Shown piece by piece: positions 17,128 to 26,077 of a DNA stretch of 64,000 nucleotides (positions are counted from its first letter, which is position 1; every line of letters begins with the position of its first letter). This stretch comes from a virus (taxonomy: Duplodnaviria > Caudoviricetes). The position numbers and the translations under genes are program-made. Below the pieces are notes generated by a model. The model made no database searches. It saw only the letters and a program-made list of their open reading frames with translations, and was not told the origin of the DNA. The stretch is from positions 74 to 64,073 of IMG/VR virus record IMGVR_UViG_3300021957_000026; one strand, 5' to 3'.

Positions 17128-18233
17128 TTCAAGATCTTCTCTTGTACAAATTCTTTTAAGGCTAGTGTCATAGCAGTATCCTGTTCAAGATGTTCGTAAA
17201 TCGAAGCCATGCCTTGAAATTTTGGTTTAATTTCTAAACCTTTACCCTTCAAGTATGAGACAACCTCTTCGTCTACAGAGAACCAAGCTCCTGCTTTCTC
17301 TAAAAAGCCCCACATCATAAGCATCTCTACGATCTCACGCTCAATCCATATCGACTTCCCTTTCATCCGACCATGTTTAATTGGATACTTTATGATCTGA
17401 CCTGTCGTTTCGTTAGTAGACTTGCAAATCAGAACCTTAGCCATATGACCATAGATCTTATTATCTGAAGTTATTTGCTGATTAGGCTTCTCTAAGATCT
17501 TGTCTGATTTGTTTTGTTTTTGGAACTCAAGAATCCAATCAGGATAGTGAAGAGCTGCATTGCCACCGCTGGCGGTTGTTTGATTATTTGGGTCGCCCTT
17601 AGCGTAAGGGTTTACATCAATTCTCGACCGAACCTGAGAGATTAATATACACATATGACCAAACTTTGCCATTCCAATACTAACTCGTTTCAAAAAATCT
17701 GAAGTCATTAAAGCACCAGCAGCAACTTTTGCGGCATCGCTGGTCGTTTTATCAAGTTCAGCTTTAGGAAGCAAGCCATCCATACTGTCGATGACAATGC
17801 AAAATTTTTCTTTATCAGGATTATTCCTGAGAAGACCTCTTAAAAAATCAAAGACTACATCAAAAACATTACACTCAAAAACCAAACAAGTACCGCAAAC
17901 CCACTCTTCTGGAGAGAAAACAAACTTTAACCCCGATCTCTCTTGAATATCTTTAGACAATCTACCTTCAGCTTTAATAAAAACCCCTTTTGACTTATCA
18001 ATAGAGTTAACCATATTAAGCATAACATGTAACGCTTCATTCGTTTTCCCTCCTTCATTAGCACCCACAAAACGATGGACTCCTGCGGCCAAGCCGCCTC
18101 CTAAAAAGGAGTCTAGAATCATCGACCCACTTGAGACAAGATAATCATCAGCCGTCTCTTCAAGATTGTAATGGTAGTCTTTTGTGGACTTAAAATACTG
18201 AGTTGTGAACTCTTTAGTGCTTATCTTACTCAT
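17124..18233 (-). CDS. recA: RecA/UvsX-family recombinase
   Basis: SSGS..LD..LGGG, GANEGGKT, VIDS, ISQVR, SGGNA, KAGAWF. Confidence 0.88.
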   Translation of the reverse strand: MSKISTKEFTTQYFKSTKDYHYNLEETADDYLVSSGSMILDSFLGGGLAAGVHRFVGANEGGKTNEALHVMLNMVNSIDKSKGVFIKAEGRLSKDIQERSGLKFVFSPEEWVCGTCLVFECNVFDVVFDFLRGLLRNNPDKEKFCIVIDSMDGLLPKAELDKTTSDAAKVAAGALMTSDFLKRVSIGMAKFGHMCILISQVRSRIDVNPYAKGDPNNQTTASGGNAALHYPDWILEFQKQNKSDKILEKPNQQITSDNKIYGHMAKVLICKSTNETTGQIIKYPIKHGRMKGKSIWIEREIVEMLMMWGFLEKAGAWFSVDEEVVSYLKGKGLEIKPKFQGMASIYEHLEQDTAMTLALKEFVQEKILK

Positions 18234-18678
18234 CGTTTAAAAAATTTCTTAAGGTTGGTCTTTTTGGGATTTCTATATCTTCTCCTATTTTTTCTAGATG
18301 GTCAATCATTTTCTCTGTATTTTCTGGATTGTACTCAAACTCAAGCTTTTTCTTTCGGAGATACTCCTTGCCATCCTTGCTGAAAAAATACTTTATCGAC
18401 CCTTCGAATTTAAATGGAGGCTTGACTTTCCCCAAAAAATCCAAGTCATTTTCGAAGTTTTTAAAAATACTTGTGGCGACCATCATATCCAACTTCATAT
18501 CTTCAGACTTCCCTCCACACAGCATCCTCTTTATGAATTCTTTTCTTTCTTTAAAAAAGGGTTTTGGAGATTTAGCCTTAGTTTTCAAGGTAAAGGTGTA
18601 ATTACAGTCAGAACAAGACAATGCCCTAGCTGCTTGGAGAGAGTTGCAGTTAGGGCATTGCTTTTTACCTCGTGGCAT
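18226..18678 (-). CDS. Zinc-ribbon protein
   Basis: MPRGKKQCPNC...CSDC; TTGACT-16-TAGCAT promoter 7 nt upstream supports start 18678. Confidence 0.7.
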   Translation of the reverse strand: MPRGKKQCPNCNSLQAARALSCSDCNYTFTLKTKAKSPKPFFKERKEFIKRMLCGGKSEDMKLDMMVATSIFKNFENDLDFLGKVKPPFKFEGSIKYFFSKDGKEYLRKKKLEFEYNPENTEKMIDHLEKIGEDIEIPKRPTLRNFLNDE

Positions 18679-18709
18679 AATGACTATGCTATAGAAAAAT
18701 GTAGATAAG

Positions 18710-19738
18710 TCAAGACAAATCATTCATAACCATTTTCCTCACAAGTCCATTAAAATCTGTTTTTGGTTCCCACTTAAGTAACCTACGAGCATCCGAGGAA
18801 TCACCCAAGAGAATTTCTACTTCAGCTGGCCTATAAAATTCTGGATTAATCCTCATTAACGTCCGACCTTCATGTACATACTTCTCATCCACGCCTTCCC
18901 CAACCCACTCGCACTTCTCTACAGCGAAGCCAGCGAAATTAAACGCTTGTTCTACGAATTCTCTAATCGTATGGGTTTCATTAGAAGAGAGGATATACTC
19001 TCTAGGCTCTTCTTGATTTAACATTAACCAAACACCTTCTACAAAATCTTCAGCATCACTCCAATCCCTTTTTGCATCAATATTACCTAACTCTAGAGGT
19101 TTAAAATCATTTAAAATGTACTCATTTTTGATACGAGCCACATTCTTGGTGATCTTACGGGTGACAAACTCTTCTCCGCGACGAGTTCCTTCGTGGTTAA
19201 ATAACCACCCTTGTATTGCGAACAAATTATAAGAGTCTCTCCACACCTTTACCATATGCCTAGCACTAGCCTTAGACACCCCATAGGGGCTTCTTGGACG
19301 TAAAGGATGAAGCTCTGACTGAGGGAAACATATAACGTCTCCAAACTCCTCTGAAGAGCCTGCATTGTAATATCTACATGTAGGGCAATGCTTGCGGATT
19401 GCTTCAAGCTGGTACAGCACAGCCATAGCATTTGTCTCCATATGGTTAACTGGCATCTTCCAACTTACCCCAACAAAAGAGTTAGCAGCAAAATTAATAA
19501 AATAATCGGGTTTATGCTCTGCTATAACCAGCTCTGTATTAGCTTGATCAGCGACATCTAAGTCGATGAGTTTAAATCGAGGATTGTCTAGTAGATGAGC
19601 AATATTATCGTGGTTTTTAACACTCAATCTGCGAACACCAGCTACAACAGTATGCTCAGTATTCTCCAAAAGATAATCCGCCATAAAGCTTCCATCTTGA
19701 CCTGTCACACCAGTGATGATTACTTTTTTAATATTCAT
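18710..19738 (-). CDS. gmd: GDP-mannose 4,6-dehydratase
   Basis: ITGVTGQDGS, AANSFV, SSEEFG, PRSPYGVSK, FNHE..RRGEEFVTRKIT, LGNIDAKRDW, RPAEV. Confidence 0.93.
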   Translation of the reverse strand: MNIKKVIITGVTGQDGSFMADYLLENTEHTVVAGVRRLSVKNHDNIAHLLDNPRFKLIDLDVADQANTELVIAEHKPDYFINFAANSFVGVSWKMPVNHMETNAMAVLYQLEAIRKHCPTCRYYNAGSSEEFGDVICFPQSELHPLRPRSPYGVSKASARHMVKVWRDSYNLFAIQGWLFNHEGTRRGEEFVTRKITKNVARIKNEYILNDFKPLELGNIDAKRDWSDAEDFVEGVWLMLNQEEPREYILSSNETHTIREFVEQAFNFAGFAVEKCEWVGEGVDEKYVHEGRTLMRINPEFYRPAEVEILLGDSSDARRLLKWEPKTDFNGLVRKMVMNDLS

Positions 19739-20028
19739 TCAAAGAAATCTTCTGAATTTATGTTCTTATCGTCAACAAAAAGATCATAAATCGGCTTACC
19801 AAACTTTAGGTCATGGTACTTGACTTTAAATCTTTCGAATTGTTTTTTCGTCACATCAGACCAATCCTTGCCGCTTCCAGTCCCCCTAGCAGTCCAATAA
19901 ATTATAGTATTACCTTCGTCATATAATTTATTTATTTTTTCTATCCTGTCGTACATCGGTTGACTATTTTCATAGTCCATGTTCTGAGTCATAAGAATAG
20001 TTTCATCTATATCAACGTAAATAGTCAT
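19735..20028 (-). CDS. Minimal HAD-superfamily phosphatase (capsule-biosynthesis type)
   Basis: DIDET (DxD motif), WTARG, GKP, DDK. Confidence 0.75.
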   Translation of the reverse strand: MTIYVDIDETILMTQNMDYENSQPMYDRIEKINKLYDEGNTIIYWTARGTGSGKDWSDVTKKQFERFKVKYHDLKFGKPIYDLFVDDKNINSEDFFE

Positions 20029-20705
20029 TTATTTTTATATAAAAGTTCAGCTACTTTAAATTGCCATTCATAATCGATATCAAAGCATTCCAACTCGTCA
20101 ATAGGATGAAGACTTATGCCACCTTCCTTTTGGAAATCACCCATAAACTTATTTTTAGAAATAAGGTCCATTCTTGATGCATACAAAACATGAGCTGCTT
20201 TATATGTTATATCAACAGCTTTTGTATTCATAATTGTCTGATCAATAGGCCAAGGAGTTATCAACTTGCCTTTATCATTCCAAAAATAATCTTTTTGTTC
20301 TATAACTCCAAATAAATTTTCAGACTCTTGCCACAAAAATTTTTCAATAAAATCGTCTATAGTCTCTATACTCAACAGAGGAGAACACAAGTTTACTTTA
20401 ACTACGTATTTGTACGGGAGCTTGTCATGCCATTCGTAGATCTTCTGCAATGAATTGTCATTATTAGCAGACTCGGCACTTCTTTTAAAAATATTAACTG
20501 CATGAGAGTTTGCTATTTTAATTAACTCTTCTTCACAAACAGAAGCAAAAATATTTTCTTTAGGAATAATCCTCGACTCAGTTAATTTTTTTAACCCAAT
20601 ATCAAAAAGACTAGAACCTGCAAAGGGTCTTATCATTTTTCGAGGGACTCTTTCAGAATTAAGTCGAGCTTGAGCTATTATAGCTACATCTTTTATATTT
20701 TTCAT
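20025..20705 (-). CDS. neuA: CMP-nonulosonate synthetase (NeuA/CMAS-type cytidylyltransferase)
   Basis: ARLNSERVPRKMIR, KR, SPLL, DIDYEWQF. Confidence 0.85.
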   Translation of the reverse strand: MKNIKDVAIIAQARLNSERVPRKMIRPFAGSSLFDIGLKKLTESRIIPKENIFASVCEEELIKIANSHAVNIFKRSAESANNDNSLQKIYEWHDKLPYKYVVKVNLCSPLLSIETIDDFIEKFLWQESENLFGVIEQKDYFWNDKGKLITPWPIDQTIMNTKAVDITYKAAHVLYASRMDLISKNKFMGDFQKEGGISLHPIDELECFDIDYEWQFKVAELLYKNK

Positions 20706-21400
20706 TTCTTTTTAAGAATTGCTAACAAGCAAGGTTTTTGACACCCATCTTCTGAAATACTCAGTACTTCAAAATATTCTTCAAATACTTCCGCTAAAGA
20801 ATCTTCAGAAAAATAATGAAAATGTCCATCCCAAATTTTATTCGGAGGATGAATTATTCTGTTAATTGGAACCTCCAAAATAAGGAGATTAGAACAAACT
20901 TTAGAACATTTTTCAACGAAAGCCCGCAGGTGTTTTATGTGTTCTAAAACATGCCAGCATGTAACGACATCATAAGTCCTATCAAAATCTAAGGAGCAAA
21001 AATCTCCTTCGTAAACTTTAAATTTATTTTTCTTTAGGTGATTTATGCAAATAGAACTTATTTCTTGACACTCAATATCAAAACCAGAAGACCTTAATTT
21101 TAAAGCAAACGTGCCTCCTCCAGAACCTATGTCTAGGACGCTACCCTTTTTACAGAACTCTTGTAATATATCTAATCTTCCATTGCATATATTATTTCTT
21201 TTTTTATGAAAAAATTCTGTTATCTCTCCATCTAAAATCTCAGATTCAGATCTTGTCCCATGAGAATTAGTTCTATATTCACTCTTATGATATTTTAAAG
21301 TATCTCCTAAAAAATTAACGTAAATATGTTTGCAGCTAGGGCATTTGTAAATATCCTCCCCAATAACAGAATAATTACTTCCGCAAATGCAACAATTCAT
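20702..21400 (-). CDS. Class I SAM-dependent methyltransferase with N-terminal Zn knuckle
   Basis: CxxC...CxxC, VLDIGSGGG, WHVLEH, LEVP, HFHYF. Confidence 0.85.
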   Translation of the reverse strand: MNCCICGSNYSVIGEDIYKCPSCKHIYVNFLGDTLKYHKSEYRTNSHGTRSESEILDGEITEFFHKKRNNICNGRLDILQEFCKKGSVLDIGSGGGTFALKLRSSGFDIECQEISSICINHLKKNKFKVYEGDFCSLDFDRTYDVVTCWHVLEHIKHLRAFVEKCSKVCSNLLILEVPINRIIHPPNKIWDGHFHYFSEDSLAEVFEEYFEVLSISEDGCQKPCLLAILKKK

Positions 21401-22443
21401 AATTTTGAAATACAGGTTTGAATGGCTTTTGAAAATTTTGCTTTTGATTTTTTCATGTACACTTCCCTAATTCTATTCCAATTATTTATATAATCAGCAT
21501 CCGAAGTTATTTTTATATACATATTATTTAACTTCTCTTTCAAAAAATCATCTTTAGTTTCCAACATGTAATCCTCAAATCCGTTTAAAATACAATAATC
21601 CCTGACTTTTGGCTGACTACTTAGCGATATACAAGGTACTCCTATTGCAGTAGCCAATATTTGACCATGACCCCTCATAACAATTGCAGACTTAACCCTA
21701 TTGTAAATAGAAATTGAGTCTATTACATTATCATAATCACAAAATTTCGATATGAATTCATTATCTCTAGGGACAACATAATCAAAAATTGCAGGCATCA
21801 AATCTTTAGGGGTATGAGGTAAAACCTTTAACTTATTTTCAAGAACCCAATGAGTCAAAAAGACATCACTATTATTGGGATACCTATTTGCATTAATTAT
21901 AGTGCTCGCATTTGTAGCTGGTTGGAATACACAAGATATATCTTTATCTTTATCCTCTACAATATCAGAAATAATAAACCCAGAATCTGGCAACGATTCT
22001 ATACCTAAATCAACTAAGTCTTGTACTTGCTGTGCAGACCCATCATCTCGCAAAGAAAAATACGAACTCCTTTCTATCAAGCAGCTCAACTGATCCTTAA
22101 AGTTACTATTGATTTTAGTATGACCATCAAAAAGATTAATTCCAATAGACATGAAAAATACAGGACAATCAATTTGATCAAAAATTTTATCTGTAAATGG
22201 GAGTTTACAACCACTAAAACCTGAATCGGGTTCTAGTAACCCCCCGCCACCAACAACAATAAAATCAAAATCACATTCTTTAAAAAAAAATAATGCCTCT
22301 TCCTCTTTCTTAAATTGATTAAAATTACAACTTAGCCAGTTTATTTCTCCCAGCTCTTCCTCAAAAGAACTCCTAACATTATGAAGGGCTATATTGTCTC
22401 CTATATTGATGTTATAAGAGCCTATATGTAAGACGTTCTTCAT
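21397..22443 (-). CDS. Polysaccharide pyruvyl transferase family protein
   Basis: NIGD, VGGGGLL, SLRD, PD, MRGHG.I.A...GVP. Confidence 0.8.
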   Translation of the reverse strand: MKNVLHIGSYNINIGDNIALHNVRSSFEEELGEINWLSCNFNQFKKEEEALFFFKECDFDFIVVGGGGLLEPDSGFSGCKLPFTDKIFDQIDCPVFFMSIGINLFDGHTKINSNFKDQLSCLIERSSYFSLRDDGSAQQVQDLVDLGIESLPDSGFIISDIVEDKDKDISCVFQPATNASTIINANRYPNNSDVFLTHWVLENKLKVLPHTPKDLMPAIFDYVVPRDNEFISKFCDYDNVIDSISIYNRVKSAIVMRGHGQILATAIGVPCISLSSQPKVRDYCILNGFEDYMLETKDDFLKEKLNNMYIKITSDADYINNWNRIREVYMKKSKAKFSKAIQTCISKL

Positions 22444-22449
22444 TTTAGT

Positions 22450-23157
22450 TTAAACTGGATGATAATTATTTTTATATCCCAAGTTCTTAAACACAGTGTC
22501 GGGGAATTTTTTTTGAATATATTGCCAAAAAATCTTGTATTGATTAAAATACATTTCGTTATTATACCCGCTCGGCAAAAGGTTTTTATTTTTTTCGAAG
22601 GCATGATCTCCTTTTTTTATATACTTAGGTCCATCTAAGCCTACAAATCCTATCTCAGGAGCGCCACAGAAAGCAGCCATTATTATCTGCCTCACACAAA
22701 TTCCAAGCTTGCCATAGAAGTTGCTATGAAAAACCATATAGTTTTCATAATTATTAAATTTGTAACCCTGCCATTTATGATGGATCTCAAGGCAAACTAT
22801 AGGATTGTATCGCCGAGTATAATCTAGAAACTTAGAGTCCTCAATATCTAACTCACCAGCTATAGAAGTTAGATCTACTTTTGTTTTATCAAGATTGTCG
22901 TTTAAAAAGAAATGATTGCATGACCAAATAGAATCATAGTTATGATTAGAGAAATCAAACTCTCTAGTAGATGGTCCACCTCCTACAATTAGAATCTTTT
23001 TACCCTGAAAACTATCTAGAAGTGTATTCCGTGTACAAAAAACGTCTTCATTTACAAATGAATCTTCTAACAGATTATCTGGAAACATATGCCTAGAAAT
23101 AGAAGTAGCCCAAGTAGAAAATGGGATACTACGTTTTTCATTTTCGAAAGGACTCAT
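22450..23157 (-). CDS. Putative nonulosonate transferase (GT42/Maf-like)
   Basis: IVGGGPS, SCNHF, A..G..EIGFVGLDG...H; next to neuB. Confidence 0.6.
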   Translation of the reverse strand: MSPFENEKRSIPFSTWATSISRHMFPDNLLEDSFVNEDVFCTRNTLLDSFQGKKILIVGGGPSTREFDFSNHNYDSIWSCNHFFLNDNLDKTKVDLTSIAGELDIEDSKFLDYTRRYNPIVCLEIHHKWQGYKFNNYENYMVFHSNFYGKLGICVRQIIMAAFCGAPEIGFVGLDGPKYIKKGDHAFEKNKNLLPSGYNNEMYFNQYKIFWQYIQKKFPDTVFKNLGYKNNYHPV

Positions 23158-23984
23158 TTTCGAAGTTTCTTCCTAACTTCTTTCTCTGTCTCTGTAACAC
23201 AGATAGAACCATCCCCATAGGATTTTTCTAACTCCCTTATTCCACTGACAAGCTTAAACAATCCTTGAGGCTCTACTGAAGCCATATGATCAGATCCCCA
23301 CATAGTTCTATCTAAAGTCACATGCCTCTCAATGATTGTAGCCCCCAAATAAACAGCAGCAACAGTGGTACCAAGCCTAAACTCATGCCCACTATAACCG
23401 ACTTCACAATTATATTTATTCTTTAATGTTTTAACACAGGATAGATTTAACTCTTCTATTGGAGCGGGGTAAGAAGAATTACAATGTAGAACAGCGTAAT
23501 CAGAGGCTTCACTATCAAGAATCCCAACAGCAACATCTATTTCTTCTTCAGAACTCATTCCAGTAGAAATTATAATTTTCTTACCAGTCTTGCAAGCCTT
23601 TCTCAAAAGATCTAAATCAGTGATACTAGCAGAAGCAATTTTAATAAATGGAATGTCGTACTGATCTAGGAAATCAAGACTATCCAAGTCCCAAGGAGAA
23701 GCACTCCAAGAAATTCCCTTCTCTTTACAGTAACGATCTATCTCATCGTACTCTTCTTTTTCAAATTCAACCTTGTATTTGTAATCAAGATAAGTCATTT
23801 CTCCCCAAGGAGTGTCCCTCATAACTGATTTCTGATGCTCTGGTACGCAGACTTCTGGGTTACGTTTTTGGAACTTAACTGCATCACAACCAGCAGCCGC
23901 AGATATGTCTATAAGACGTTTTGCGATATCCAAATCTCCATTATGATTGATTCCGATTTCTGATATTATATATGTTTTTTTCAT
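23154..23984 (-). CDS. neuB: Nonulosonic acid synthase (NeuB family, lacking the C-terminal AFP-like domain)
   Basis: EIGINHNGD, DAVKFQ, KIASA, STGMS, HCNSSYP, GYSGHE, IERHVTLD, GSDH. Confidence 0.92.
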   Translation of the reverse strand: MKKTYIISEIGINHNGDLDIAKRLIDISAAAGCDAVKFQKRNPEVCVPEHQKSVMRDTPWGEMTYLDYKYKVEFEKEEYDEIDRYCKEKGISWSASPWDLDSLDFLDQYDIPFIKIASASITDLDLLRKACKTGKKIIISTGMSSEEEIDVAVGILDSEASDYAVLHCNSSYPAPIEELNLSCVKTLKNKYNCEVGYSGHEFRLGTTVAAVYLGATIIERHVTLDRTMWGSDHMASVEPQGLFKLVSGIRELEKSYGDGSICVTETEKEVRKKLRK

Positions 23985-23988
23985 GCGT

Positions 23989-24645
23989 TTAAAATTTGTG
24001 AATATTGCTACAGTAAATAAGATGATGTTTAATTGAAAAATATTTATAATTCTCTAATAAAATTTCTTTTAATTTTGAAAATTGATCTGTATGTCTGCCA
24101 TGGACCTCCATCACTATAGTGTCTATCTTCTTAAATAAATCAAGTCTATCGCATTGGAATAAAATATCATACTCTCCGCCTTCGCAATCCAATTTAAATA
24201 GATCTATTTGACAATTAATCTCCTGTAGAATCTGATTGAATCTTTTATAAGAAAATTCTTCTTTTGTTATTGCTTTCCCATTTGCCTTCTCAAAGATATC
24301 TTTATTTAAATAATCTAAAGAGTCGTCGAAAATTACTTTATGCCCCCCTTTATTTGATTCATGAAGAAAAATTCCATGAGGATTAGAATCACCTATAACA
24401 CCTTGATTCTCTAAGCAAACATTCTTAAAGTTCTTAAGCCTCTCTTGAGCCTCTTTGTAGTTTCGTCCTACAAGTTCGTAAGAGAACACTTTAGACTTGG
24501 GGTACAATTCAGAAATATATTTGCTGAATATTCCTATGTTAGCCCCAACATCAATAATAGTACAATCCTCTTCCAAAGAAAAATTCTTTAGATTATAGCA
24601 ATCCTGATGGATTATTTCTCTCTCTAAAATTTGTTCAAAATTCAT
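23989..24645 (-). CDS. FkbM-family methyltransferase
   Basis: IDVGANIG, KLDCEGGE, MEVH. Confidence 0.85.
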   Translation of the reverse strand: MNFEQILEREIIHQDCYNLKNFSLEEDCTIIDVGANIGIFSKYISELYPKSKVFSYELVGRNYKEAQERLKNFKNVCLENQGVIGDSNPHGIFLHESNKGGHKVIFDDSLDYLNKDIFEKANGKAITKEEFSYKRFNQILQEINCQIDLFKLDCEGGEYDILFQCDRLDLFKKIDTIVMEVHGRHTDQFSKLKEILLENYKYFSIKHHLIYCSNIHKF

Positions 24646-25376
24646 AATACTTCTCTTTTAACTACTTCTGACAGACTACTGGTTTTAGAGATAGTTGTCA
24701 ATTCTATACCATGAGTGGACAACCATTCAACAATTGAGGGGACTGCTTTAGCATTAGCCTCGATATCCCAAGGTATTTCACAGCCCTTATTATCAACTCC
24801 AGATTTATAAAAGTGAGACCCATGAGTATCTAAATCCCAACCCAAAGTCTTTATCTTAGAAACCCCGAAATGAACAGCAAAATACAAAACAGTTTCAAGC
24901 ATTATCCCAGCTCCCACATTCCTCGTATGAGTCTTAGACAAAAGAAAGTCATCAAAGTTTCTCTTAATCGCTAAACAGTTTTCCTTCCCGACCTCTTCTA
25001 TCAAGGGGACTTTAAAAAAACAATCTATAGTTTGCTGCGTACTCCATCGAGCACCTAGGGCATAGTTACTACTGCTAATTACAATAGGTCTGTTTTGCTC
25101 ATCGTATTTATATGGGACTCCTAAACTCCCCAATGGGAAGTTAGAACAATTCCAAAAATGGAAATCACAAATATCTTCCAATCCTTCTACAGCTTGTTTC
25201 ACACAAAAGACCAATTTACCTTTTAACTTATCCCTAAGTTCTGACTTTTCATAATCATTGTACGAAGGTCCAGTCAACAGAATGTAACATTCTTCGCCTT
25301 CGTAAGAGTTGATTAAGTCATCCAAAGAACATCCTTGAGATACAGAAACTTTTAAATCTTTTGTATTTTTATGCAT
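24642..25376 (-). CDS. Second putative GT42/Maf-like glycosyltransferase
   Basis: ILLTGPS, CVKQA, A.HFG..KI.TLGWD....HFY. Confidence 0.55.
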   Translation of the reverse strand: MHKNTKDLKVSVSQGCSLDDLINSYEGEECYILLTGPSYNDYEKSELRDKLKGKLVFCVKQAVEGLEDICDFHFWNCSNFPLGSLGVPYKYDEQNRPIVISSSNYALGARWSTQQTIDCFFKVPLIEEVGKENCLAIKRNFDDFLLSKTHTRNVGAGIMLETVLYFAVHFGVSKIKTLGWDLDTHGSHFYKSGVDNKGCEIPWDIEANAKAVPSIVEWLSTHGIELTTISKTSSLSEVVKREVL

Positions 25377-25409
25377 AAAAAACCCTTCTAAGCAAGGAGC
25401 CTAGAAGGG
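25377..25409 (-). terminator. Intrinsic terminator after hsp20
   Basis: cccttcta...tagaaggg stem followed by T6 on the minus strand. Confidence 0.65.
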
Positions 25410-25430
25410 AATATATAAATCACTTCCAAG

Positions 25431-25856
25431 TTACTTGACTTGGATCATTATATCTTTTTGGACTTCTTTTTCAAGAGGTATTTTTATCCTCAATAGGCCA
25501 TTTTTGTATTCCGCCTCAATAGAATCTTTATCGACGCTCTGATGCAAGGTGAATTTCTTCTTTACAGGTCGTCGAGATATTTTTCTATGGTAAAATTCAG
25601 CCTCATTTTCTTTTAGCTCCGATCCTGCCTCAACCTTTAAGGTCTGGCCAGATACAGATACAGATACATCTTCTTGATCTAACCCCACTAGTGCAAACTC
25701 AAGAATAAAATTATCATCTTTATCTTGATAAGCATCATAAGGCTCAGAGCCTGAGTACAATGGAGTATTAGCTCGGTGAGCTAACGACTGCATACGCTTG
25801 AATACATCTCCCTCAAAAGCTAAGGGAGCCAACATTTTGTTTATCATCATTGTCAT
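25431..25856 (-). CDS. Small heat-shock protein (Hsp20/IbpA family)
   Basis: PYD, LEFALVG, HRKIS.R..KKKFTL, AEYKNGLLRI (alpha-crystallin domain). Confidence 0.9.
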   Translation of the reverse strand: MTMMINKMLAPLAFEGDVFKRMQSLAHRANTPLYSGSEPYDAYQDKDDNFILEFALVGLDQEDVSVSVSGQTLKVEAGSELKENEAEFYHRKISRRPVKKKFTLHQSVDKDSIEAEYKNGLLRIKIPLEKEVQKDIMIQVK

Positions 25857-25936
25857 ACTACTATTTTTAGTTAGTTTTTGTTTTTCTAGCCCCACTTTGG
25901 GTACTGGAAATTCTCAGACAATAGAGATATACTAAA

Positions 25937-26038
25937 TCAATCCTCGTCGAATTGTGCTTCGTCGATACGATCTAGTATAAATGCTATTGTTTCGTCGAGT
26001 TCTACCTCGTCTGTTAAAATTGTTTGTGGTTCGGTCAT
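25937..26038 (-). CDS. Acidic 33-aa micro-protein (not in ORF track)
   Basis: MTEPQTILTDEVELDETIAFILDRIDEAQFDED*; GTGTAT element 11 nt upstream. Confidence 0.55.
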   Translation of the reverse strand: MTEPQTILTDEVELDETIAFILDRIDEAQFDED

Positions 26039-26077
26039 AGTGACTATGTATACACATGACCTAAATAATAGGGAATT

